Made by a program: the position numbers and the translations under genes
The notes under the pieces: model-generated
Database searches by the model: none
The model's input: only the letters and a program-made list of their open reading frames with translations
Told to the model about the DNA's origin: nothing
Shown here: one piece after another, positions 29,576 to 41,500 of the stretch
Layout: each line of letters opens with the position of its first letter
Numbering within the stretch: position 1 is the stretch's first letter
NCBI RefSeq assembly: GCF_037042905.1
Contig: NC_087254.1
Coordinates: 7,006,001 to 7,070,000, forward strand
Direction: 5' to 3'
Length of the DNA stretch: 64,000 nt
Origin: Lytechinus pictus
Lineage: Eukaryota

Positions 29576-32500
29576 GTAAGTTAACATCTAACTTAGATAA
29601 AGATTCCCATTCTATGAAAATGTTAATGTCATATCTATCTTTTTTAAATGAGATCAAGACCAATGACTTTTTTGTTTTTGTCTTCTTTGTTTTGAGTGTG
29701 TATCATGATTATCCACCTATTAGGTTGATTTGAAAATAGAATACACTTTTCCCTTTTCCCTCTTTCTTAAGTAAGCTGAGAGATTGGTTATTGTTGGGAT
29801 TTTGTTTTTAATGTCTTTGATTTGAATAATACCTTTCACAGAAAATCTTCATCATCATATGAATACTTTAACCTTGCTGTTGGTTGAGCGAACACATGCT
29901 GGAACTCAGCAATAAATTCAGAATTGGGGATATTGGTAAGATATTGAAGTTTACTCACTCCATGTCATTGAGTGTGTTCAAAATGTACTCAAATGGATTA
30001 ATATAACAAATTAAAGCTTGTTCAATAAGATTACTTCAGCCGGCATAGATTTACCCATTTCTTAATTGCAGGTTGTCATTGGCATTGTAATTGCAAAACA
30101 GAAACCAAGACAAGTGCAAAGTAAAACAAGTAAGTGCACACTGCTGGAATAACTGGAGGATTTTTGTAATATTTTCATCTTATTTTAATATATACTTTTT
30201 ATAATCAATTATTTTATGAATTTTATAATTCATAGCAGCTGTTAATGGTTGTAATGAAAAATAATCAAATGGACTACAGCTTACAATGTATGAATAACTG
30301 GTGCATTTATAGTAAGACTTAGATTACTTTGATTTAATAGGAATACTTATTTCATAAGAATAGAAGGTTAGATTTAATAGCACTTCACATACAGTGTCAA
30401 ATTTAGATCACTTTTATGAAACAAAATGCTCCTACTTTAGGTATTTTCAGATATTGCAATATAAGAATATACAAAAAGAAAATTTATGGGTATGATCATT
30501 TCATGAAGTTCATGTTTGTCAAGCAAGGTGCTCCCTTCCACAAAACAAACCAAAAGCAATAAAAGCAATTATAATTTAATTGACAAGTTGATTACACTGA
30601 ACTTAATACTCAATTTGATTATTTTTGTGTCTCTGTAGATCCTGGTACTGATCGTTCAGTGTTTGGTTTCACCCTCCGCGATTCTCCTGTTGATTTCATC
30701 AATGCGTCTTGCTGGGGTTCAAGCGAACATGTGCTGGAACTCAGCAATAAATTCAGAATTGGGGATATTGGTAAGATATTGAATTTTACCCACTCCATGT
30801 CACTGAGTTTATTCAAAATTTGCTCAAGTGGATTTATATAACAAATGAAAGCTTGTTCAACAAGATTATTTCAGCAGGCATAGTGTTATGTTTATCATCA
30901 GAGATGATTTCTGATGAAATAATGTATTCAATATTTTGACTATATAGATAAAGAAGTGAGACATGTAGGTAAAAATGAGAAATGACTCAGAAATATGAAT
31001 GTGTATATTTCATTTGATTATGAATAGATGAATAAAAAGTATTAAGATTAACAAACAATAGAAGTATGTTCTTAAAAAAAAGTAGCCACAGAGGGAGAAA
31101 ATAGTGCAATAATAATGACAGAGTACTCAACATTTCTCAACTTTACCCCCACTTTCTATGGTGGCTCAAGATCCCAACTGGTGGAGCTTGAGTTTATTGT
31201 GGAGAGTACAAACTTCCTATGAGTGCTCAAGTTTAATGATATATCTGACAGTAGTTTAATTCCCTCTGAAGTAAACATTTTACTTCAATTGATGTAAAGA
31301 GAAATGATCGTTGATAGGCTATCACCGTTAATGTTCCTCGACATTCTACTTTCTATTAGCCATTAAATCTACAAATTTGTTATCATTAATTTATCAAAAT
31401 TATACTTATTATGATCAATGGATATTATTGTTTTAATTAGCATTGTTTCTATATTTTTTTCATTGCTATCATCACCATCATAATGTTTATCATCATAATT
31501 ATCATTATCATTATTGTGCCGTCTTTTATCAGATGAATAACTAAGATAAAAGTATTCTTTTCTGACATTTTGATATAGTTGAGCTGAAGAACCCACAAGT
31601 TCAGACTAAGTCAAATAGTGAAATAGAGGAGAGATGCAGACCGTGGACTCCAAGGTCAGCATGATCCCTTTATTTTAGTTGTGTTTAGTATAAATATATG
31701 ACTAAACAATTTAGCAATTTGTGTGAAGAGAACATTTATTGTGACCTGGGCTCCATAACACAAAGGTTTGCGATGAATTGCAAATATGAAAGAACCCCAC
31801 TGATTGGTTCTTGGTCAGTATTTTAAACAGAGTGCTCATGCAAGGATGATCTTAATTGGTCATTCGTATTTAGTGATTGATTGCAAACCTTTGTGTTACA
31901 AATCACAGGAGAAGAAATTACTATTCTATTTGAAATAATAGTACATACATGTAGTTAAACAAGTCTACCGGTACTCTGATTTTTTGTTTGATGTACAATA
32001 GAACTTTCAATATATAGCAAGTCATGTTCACTGCTTTTTTTAATGACGGTCTCATTGATCAGGTTGTTAATGCTATTTAAAACCTACTTGTTCCAAACTT
32101 TTGCAAGATGCATGGTAAAGTTTAATTTTAAACTACCTCAAGCAGACCACAGCAGACACTTATAGTACTTAAAAAAAAAGATTCACAAAACTGCTGACGA
32201 AATCACATTCATGAATGAATTATTGAAGGTTCTGATGAAAAATAAAAGGTGTATTTGTTATCATTGTTAAACTTAATTCATAGCACACTTTGGTTGAACA
32301 AAAATAGCCAAAGTGCAAAGATTCTCAATATGTGTAAATGGTTTTAATCTTTTTTTTCACCATACTGTGTATTCTTGACATATTTTTTGGTCCCACTGCA
32401 TTTTCTGTCAAGTTACCTGACGGGAGTAACCTTTCAAGACGGCTTCTCCGTTTGCACTAACCCATTTCTCATAAATCCTTTGATAGCGCCTTCCAACTGA

Positions 32501-35500
32501 ACGTGAGCGAACGCTACTCCAAGCTGAACCTGTATGACGGATGGCATGCTGAGCCGTTCGGAGCCTTACAGCACATGCCAATTAGAGAGAGCACTGATTA
32601 CTATACCCTGGGTGATGTCCTGGCTAATGGGCGCAATCTTCACGGAGAGCACATCAACCTCCTAACACTCGTCAAGAAGGTATAATTACCCTGTATCGGT
32701 GTAAACACACCTGGTGCCCGGGCTTATGTAATTGTTATAGGTCATGCTGTTGACTGTTAAACCATTCAAATTGGAGTCAATCTTTGCTACATGTGTTATT
32801 TCATTGAAAAAAGGGACAAGCAAGGCTGCCAATTAGTACTGATTTTCATTATTTAGTACTGAAAAGTCAGAAGAATACTGATGGTTTCATCAATTTTCAT
32901 GCAAAATGCTGATTTCTAAAATTTGAGCATAATATGCTGTCCTATGTTATTACTTTGACAATACTTAATTCCTCACCATAATACTGATTTTCGGCCTTGA
33001 AAATACTGAAATGTTCTTGTTCAGGTTGGCAACTCTGGACAAGGGGAGACAAAAGGAAAGAAGAAGAAGAGAGAGAGCAAGAGAGGGAAAGAGAAGACAA
33101 GAATAAGGAGGAGAAGAAATGGACAAGGAGAAGAGGAAGATGGTTGTATAATCTTTGAGAAGATGTTAACTTTAATTAATCAAGAGGCACAAAAAATCTA
33201 GATATAAATATTTGCACGATTTCTTGCAACTGCCATTAATAATAGATTACATAAGAATATTCAAAGTCACTGTTTTATTACCAAGCAGTTTTTTGGCTGG
33301 AAGATATTTTGTTAGTGAAAAATAAAACTATGTATTGCTAAAGAATAATATATAAGGTTTTCCAAAGAGCTGCTATCCACATTTACTGATAGTGAATTGC
33401 ATTAAAAAAAGAAGTACATGTATTTTATGAGTAAATTGCCACTTGGTCTATACCCACTTTGCCTACTTTCCATTTATTCTCATCACACACAATGTGACCC
33501 TTGTTTGTCTAAAACTGCTCTCTACAAACCATTTGGTCTCATTGCTATAATTTAGCCCAATCACAATTTTGTTTAATATTCAGTTATTGGCTATACCTTT
33601 CACTATGTACAATATCCACTAGGTCCAGTACCACTTAGTCTATATGATAATGTGACTCGTCTATGGACCAAGCTTTCATTTTACAAAGTGGAAAACAATG
33701 AATAGACAAATTGGAAATTAGACCATCTGGGCATTAGACTAAATGGTACCAAGTGAGCAATTGACTGTTGGACCATACTGTAATTATACCAAATAGATAG
33801 TGAGTTTAGCCGTGATGGTATGATATGATTTGAGCATTAGACCATCTGCTAGTAGACCAAGTGGGTATAGCAATCATGGAATAAGATGATTTGAGGATTA
33901 CACCATTTGCTTTACCATGATGGCATTAGATGATTTTAGCATTAGACCATTTGCTAGTTAGACCAAGTGGGTATAGCCATCATGGTATTAGATGATTTGA
34001 GTATTAGAGCATTTTCTATTCTATCGGACCAAGTGGATTTGCTATGATGGCATTAAATGATGTGAGTCAATCTTATAGTAGACCAAGTGGGTTTAGCCGT
34101 GATGGTGTTAGTTGATTTGAGTATTAGAGCATTTTCTATTGAACCAAGTGGATTTGCCATGATGGCATTAAATGATGTGAACATTAGACCATCTGCTGGT
34201 AGACCAAGTGGGTTTTGCCATTATAGCATTAGATGATGTGAGTATTAGACCATCTTATAGTAGACCAAGTGGGTTTAGCAATGATAGTGTTTTATGATTT
34301 GAGTATTAGAGCATCTACTATTGGACCAAGTGGATTTGCCATGATGGCATTAGATGCTGTGAGTATTACTTAGTAGATCATCTGCTATTAGACCAAGTGG
34401 GTATAGCCATCATGGAATTAGATGATTTGAGCATTAAACCATCTGCTAGTTAGACCAAGTAGGTTTAGCCATGATGGAGTTAGACGATTTGAGTATTAGA
34501 GCATCTTCTATTGGACCAAGTGGATAAAAACAATTTTATCTACTATAGCAATCTAAAGAAGATGTGAATATACCACTAAAAAAAATGTATGTCAAATACC
34601 TCTGAATCCAGAACTGTGCAATATGTGAGTATATATTTCATTCAAATTGACAAAGGGTATAAGAATACCGGTATATCATATTCACTTTTATGGAAGTTCC
34701 TAGGTAAAATAATTGTATCCCCCAAACAGAGTTCGGAGGATACTATGAATGTGGCCTCGTCGCGCCACGTCCGCCGCAGAGATTTTGTTGTGAGCGCTCT
34801 ATCAGCTGCATTTCTTCTTCGATCATCTCTAAATTTGACATGAAGGTTAAGTATGGTATAGCAAAGCCGCCTATTGATTTTGGTGTGGGCGGAGACATCG
34901 TTGCCATGGTAACAAGTGTTTTTGTGGAATAGCAGAGATGTCCTTGTAAGCGCTCTACCAGCTGCATTTCTTCTCCAATTATCTTCAAATTTGTCATGAA
35001 GGTCCATTATGGTAAAGCAAAGCTGCCTAATGATTTTGGAGTGGGTGGAGACATGGTTGCCATGGTAACCATATTTTTGTGGAAAATTTGGTAAAACCTG
35101 TAACTGCTTTTTTTCCAGTTTGTCATAACAGTTGGCACACAGAAGCAATATTAGAAGGTAAAGCGAAGATGCCTATCATTTTTGGTGGGGGGGTCTTAGG
35201 GTTAGGTTTACAAAATATATCCAGATTACTCTATAATTGTATTCCCCAACAGGTGATACTGGACAATACTTTAGGTTCTGCAGAGTCACGCTGCTACGTC
35301 ATATTATTGTTGTCAAATTTGGAACCCACAGGCAAAATGTGGGCAGGGTCATTGTCGCCATGATAATTGTATTTATTTGTCTAATTTTTGTATGAGCTCT
35401 ATATATTACAATGACGGATGACGCGGTGGGTTCGGAGGATACATGTGCTCGGCCACTTGACCCGCCGAGCATCTCTAGTTGTGTATGTGTCATTCTAAGT

Positions 35501-38500
35501 TTACCACGTCACCCAATACTCAATAGGCATTCTTAGAATGAAAACTTCTAATAGTTATATGTTAATGCGAAGACAATTTATACTTTTTTACATTTTAGAT
35601 CTATCTATGTAAAGCTTTTGACAAAATATATTTGCTTATTCTGTTGTGTGAAGAAATACATGTATACTATGATAATGGGATACACCTTGTTTCTTAGACT
35701 AAATTAGGTTTTGTATTTTGAGTTGAAGTTCATTGCTATCTTAAAAACAAATATTCAATACTACATTGCAAATATTTGTATTAATTATGTAGTTCAGTTT
35801 ATGGTAGTGTTCTTTAAATGTAGGAAATTCTTAATTCAAAGAAATGACATATTAGAATTGTCACATTGATCTACGTTCGATGTGAAACTATTTTTTTTTA
35901 AAGTTTAATTTCTCAGTAATTTTATACAAGAGGATACTGTTGCAACTAGATCTATGGATACTGTTCATTCTTTACCTAACTCATACCCTTCCCTCTCTCT
36001 CTCTCTCTCTCTCTCTCCCTCTTTCTGTGTTGAACATCTTATACTAGTAATTAACTGGATTTGTTTTGTTATGTATGTGTGGGAGCTAGTAAAAATCAAT
36101 GAATGACGCAGCAAATCCTGTTTGCTTGCGCTTTCATATTTATTACACTAATTTGGAGCAAATGACTTGTGAAAATACAACAGGATATAGGCCAATAATC
36201 ACAAACTAATGCACATCAAATAAAGTATTTATATACATGTGTTTTTTTCTTGTTCATTGGAAGTACAGATAGACTGCATGTGAGGAACAACATGATATTT
36301 TTTTTACTCACTCTTTCCCTCTCTCCTTCTTTCTTTTGTTCACTGGAAGCACAGAGAAACTGCTATTTAGTAAGAATCTTATGTGTTTTTTTTATCTGGT
36401 TTGTTGCCTTGTTTTCTTCATTCTTTCTTAAGGGTATTGCTTTTGCATGCATCCTATCGTCATCCATGTCTTCTTAAGCCATCCCTCCTTAAGTGCCCTC
36501 GTGTTTTCTCTTCCATTCAGGTTGGTGCTCCAAAAGACATTGTAACAAAAGGAGGTCGGGAGACAAAGAGATGCGAGGTGTCTCTCTTTGATGAGACATG
36601 CTCCTCTTTTTCTATGGTCATGTAAGTAGGGAAGCATCGTTTTACTTCTTCATTCTGCATTAAAATCATGAAAATATATCAGGTCTATACATGTATTTGC
36701 AATATATATATCAATAAAAAGGCGAAGTGTATAGAATAGGGGGGTGAGTTTTTTTTTTCATGTTTATTATGCTGAGCAATTGGCCATCATTTAAGAATCT
36801 TTGATGCAAGAGAATATATCTCCGCTTTTACATGAATATCTATATCACATTGTGTCTTAATGCTATCTTAATGCCGTGCAGTACTTCCCGGGGAGTAGAG
36901 GATGTGCATATATTGTGTGAATGACTGTTTGAATCTGATGACCGGGGAATTAATAAATCTGTAAGCACTTAGATATGTGCAATGTATAGAATAGAATAGA
37001 AATGGTTTATTGAACAAAACAAATCATTTGCGGTCCAAAGGCCGAATTACGGATTTTCATACATAAAAGCAAATACACAAATATACATAAAAATTACAAC
37101 ATAATGAAAAACGGGAATTTTATAACACAATTCCAAAATACATCAAAAAAATAATCACATGCCTGAGGTAAATAATACATACATACATACATACATACAG
37201 TACGTTATTGTGAAATCAATCATCATTGTAATACAATCATTCTTAAGCACATTATAAATAACCAGGTTATTATTAATATCTGCCTTATTTACAAACATAA
37301 TGATCAAATTTTGTGTGTTTCAATCTCTGATATTTCTGTATCATGTATGCATTTCTCCATTCCCTTTCTCCTCTTCCCCTTCTCCCCCCCCCCCCTCTCT
37401 CTCTCTCTCTAGCTGGGATGAAGAAGTTATAGATCTGGTGCAGCAATGGGAACCCAAGGAAACAGGTAACTCATCCCAACAGGATCTGTTGTTTCACAAA
37501 TTTTGCACTCATGTTTGATAATAATCTTTAATAAAATACAATAAATGATGAGTACATGTAGGTACTTGAATTTCATTGAATCAAGCATGCATGGAAAAAA
37601 TCATTTCCCAGGGTGGTTAGAAAACCTTACATTGGTTGCTGTACATTTTTTTTTTTTTGGGGGGGGAGTAGTGAAGGGACCCATCATCGCCCCTTGCTGT
37701 GATTGCTGCTAACGATAATGCACTACATAGTCATTCATTTAAATAATCATTATTATACAACACCCAAGAATGTTCTGTAATCTGATTGGTCCAAATCGGA
37801 TCACATGATATTCAGCGAATTGCACTCTGGCACCCTGCACTCTGATGTCAGAGTGCAGGATAGTGCGAGGTCTGGAATAATCTAGAATTTAGATCAAATA
37901 TAGCATTCGGGGCAACTCGGTAACATAGGGGAGGAGGGGGTTGTATAAAACAAACAATGCACGCATTCTTGTGCATAGAGGACCTAAATTAAAATCTCTG
38001 TGCTCGACTCACCAAATGGATATACCGCACTCGGTCCAGAGAACCTCGGTGCAGTATATCCATTGGCTCTTCTTGCACATTTTTCATTATTTGGCCCTGC
38101 GTGCACCCGCTTACGTGCATTATTTGTATATTACCATCCCTGTGTATTGTTTATTACTATTAATATCATCATTATTGTCATTACTTTACATAGATATAGT
38201 TTGTTGTATTTAGTGTTTATCAATGCTCATAGCATAATGCCTAATTCATTTTATTTCAATGCAGTGATATTTGCTGTGGATATTGTAGCAAAATATGATG
38301 ATTTCCGGAACACGATGGTAGCCAGTGTGGACTCTAAATCCATCTTCACAGTCAATCCTGGTATGTATATATATCATCAATGTGTTTGGTGGATTGAATT
38401 GAAAACCCCCGATTAATCAATATCAGTGCCATTTCCCCTAAAAAAAGGGAAAAATGAATAATGCAAAATAAATGAACAAATAGAAAAATGTATGATGATA

Positions 38501-41500
38501 AAAACAACAATGATAATAATGATGATAATAGCAATATTGATAATAATAATAATAATCATCATTAATAATAATAATTATAATAATTATAATAGTAATAATG
38601 ATAATGTCAAAATGTCAAAATATTGAAGATTGTTTTTCTTCTTTAATGAATGTACATAAAATTGCAAACTTTTTCTTCTATAATAAAAAAAAACATGGAA
38701 AAAAAGAGGTTCTAATAGTATTTGATTAATTTTTCCATTATTTGCGAGACACACATAGTAAGAAAGTTACTCTATAACATTGTTCATTTTCACTTTAGTT
38801 TGAATATTGAATGGTGTCTTCAAGCTTTTACTCCAATTCTTTTGTACTTTTTCCAGATACCCGGGAGGCACATTCTCTATACAAGTTTGGTAAATCATGT
38901 ACAGCTGATGAAGAGAGTTCAGAAGACACAAGAGAGAGCATTGATTGTAAGAAATTGTCTTGAATTCTAATTGATAATAATAATAGTATGCAACATTTAT
39001 ACGTACAGTGCTTAATACAAACGTTTCTAAGTGCTGCATATTATTACTCCAGCTTTAGCATGGCTACCCTGATTGGACGCTTGAACATTCAAGGAATTCC
39101 TTCCTACCGTGTACCTATTTACTACACCTGGGTGGAGAGTGGCAAGTGTAGATAAACGCCTTGCCAAAGGATGTGAGTGCTGCGATGGGATTTGAACTCC
39201 GGACCTTGTGGTTTAAAGTCCGGAGACATCTACTGAGCCACAACACCTCTATAAATTAAATTATTTTCAATGTTTTTTTCTGCCCCAATTCCATTCTATA
39301 GTTTTTGTTTTGTTTGTTTATTTGTTGGTCGGTTTTGAATAGCAAGGATTATTAAATGTTCAGTATTTTGGTGAAGTGACATATGTTTCATGTGCCAGGC
39401 AATCAGGAACAAGAGAAAAGTAATTTAACTGAAATTAATATTTAAAAATTGGTGTAATCTTTCTGTTTTACTTACTTTTGGAAAGTAAATGCAAAAATGC
39501 TGTCTTGATATGCTTATCGCTCATTTGAAAATTTGCATCTAGAATTTGTTTTGAATTTTCCACAGATCTTGCCATAGAGGATGATCTTTTGTTACTAGGG
39601 GTGTTGGGATGATTCTGAGCAGTAGGCACCCCCAGTATCAATGTAATAATCCTTCATGGCCAGGTCCCTGGAAATGTCCAAACTGTTCTTCAGTTTTCTC
39701 CTAAATTCATGTTTAACATAAAAAGAGGAAAGATTAGTTTCAACCAGTACAAAGCAGATTGGCTATACACTTAAAATGCAGGAGTTTACTAAAGACCAAT
39801 CGTAGATTACTTGCAACATCCCCTAATATTGCTTCATCCAGTATATTTGATTACAAAAATGCTAATACATGCATCAAATGGATTTATCAGGAAGATATTT
39901 GTACCATTTCTTTTCAGATTTCAGTAAAAAACTTTTTTTCCCATAATACTGTGTTCCCCAAAAAAAGTTTGACTTGACAGTGAAAGCAAACATGTCATCA
40001 AATGTATTTGTCTGTAAGAGTACTTTGTCAGAAAAGGTATACTACATGTACTTCTATTGAGTGAATAATCTGATATTTTGAAACCATGCACTTTCCCATG
40101 CTGTTTAATGGTATTTTCCCCCGTCATGACAGTACAAACCATCCATGATGTATACATGATAGACGAGTTGAAGGCTAAGATGAATGACAAGCAACCGATG
40201 ATGATGCAATCACCTTATGGCATTGTCTATGCGTTCCTTTCATCCTATGATCTGGATGGACCGTCGTCTGCTGTGTTATCTATGAGATGGTGAGATGTAA
40301 AGAAGATTATACTGTTATCATTCCTATCTCTCCTTGAGTGACATGACCTTATTCTCTTCCTCCACCTTCTTCTCCTCCTATTTTGGTCCTTGTTTTTCTT
40401 GTTGTTGTTGTTCCTCTTCTTGTTTTATTCTTGCTTTATTGTTCTTATTGATCCTTTTCTTCTCCTTGTCCTTTCCCTCTCTTCTTTCTCTTTCATCCTA
40501 TGATCTGGATGGACCATCCTCTGCTGAGATGGTGAGATGTTAAGAAGATTATTGCTATCATCTGCATCTCTCCTTGACAGAGCAACATGACCTTATTCTC
40601 TTCCATCACCTTAATTCTTCTCCTATTTTGGTCTTTGTCTTTCTTGTTGTTGTTGTCCTCTTCTTGTTTTTATTCTTGCTTTTCTGTTACTTATTGTTCC
40701 TTTTCTTCTCTTTGTCCCCTTTTCCTTTCCCCTCTTCTTTCTCTTTCATCCTATGATCTCGATGGACCGTCCTCTACTGTATTATCTATGAGATGGTGAG
40801 ATGTTAAGAAGATTATACTGTTATCATCCCCATCTCTCCTTGACAGAGTGCATGACCTTATTCTCTTCCTCCACCTTAATTCTCCTTCTCCTTTCTTTGG
40901 TCTTTGTTTTTCTTGTTGTTGTTGTTTCTCTTGTTTTTTATTCTTGCTTTTCTGCTTCTTATTGTTCCTTTTCTTCTCTTTGTCCTCCTTTCCTTCTCTT
41001 CCATTCTATGATCTGGATGGACCGTCTTCTGCTGTGTTATCTATGAGATGGTAAAGAAGATTATTGCTATCATCTGCATCTCTCCTTGAAAGGGTGACAT
41101 GACCTTTTTTGTCTTTTGCATCCTTCTCCTCCACTTGTTCTTGTTCATATTTCTTGCTGATTTTTTGTTTGTTGCAATTTTGTTTGCTGTATTTATTCCT
41201 TTCTCTACTTTTTTCTTCTTTTTTTTCTTCTACTTCTTCTTCTTCTTTTCCCCCTCCTTCTTCTTCTCCTTTCCTTCCTCTCTTCTTTCTCTTTCATCCT
41301 ATGATCTAGATGGACCGTCCTCTGCTGTATTATCTATGATATGGTGAGATGTTAAGAAGATTCCATTGTTATCATCTGCATCTCNNNNNNNNNNNNNNNN
41401 NNNNNNNNNNNNNNNNNNNNNNNNNNNNNNNNNNNNNNNNNNNNNNNNNNNNNNNNNNNNNNNNNNNNNNNNNNNNNNNNNNNNNNNNNNNNNNNNNNNN

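Noticed and set aside
33715-34525. CRISPR-like regular repeats
   Set aside because: Degenerate tandem units without unique spacers; eukaryotic intron; no cas genes
34642-35148. 168-aa repetitive ORF
   Set aside because: Lies in the internal repeats of the Helentron-like element; no Rep/helicase motifs
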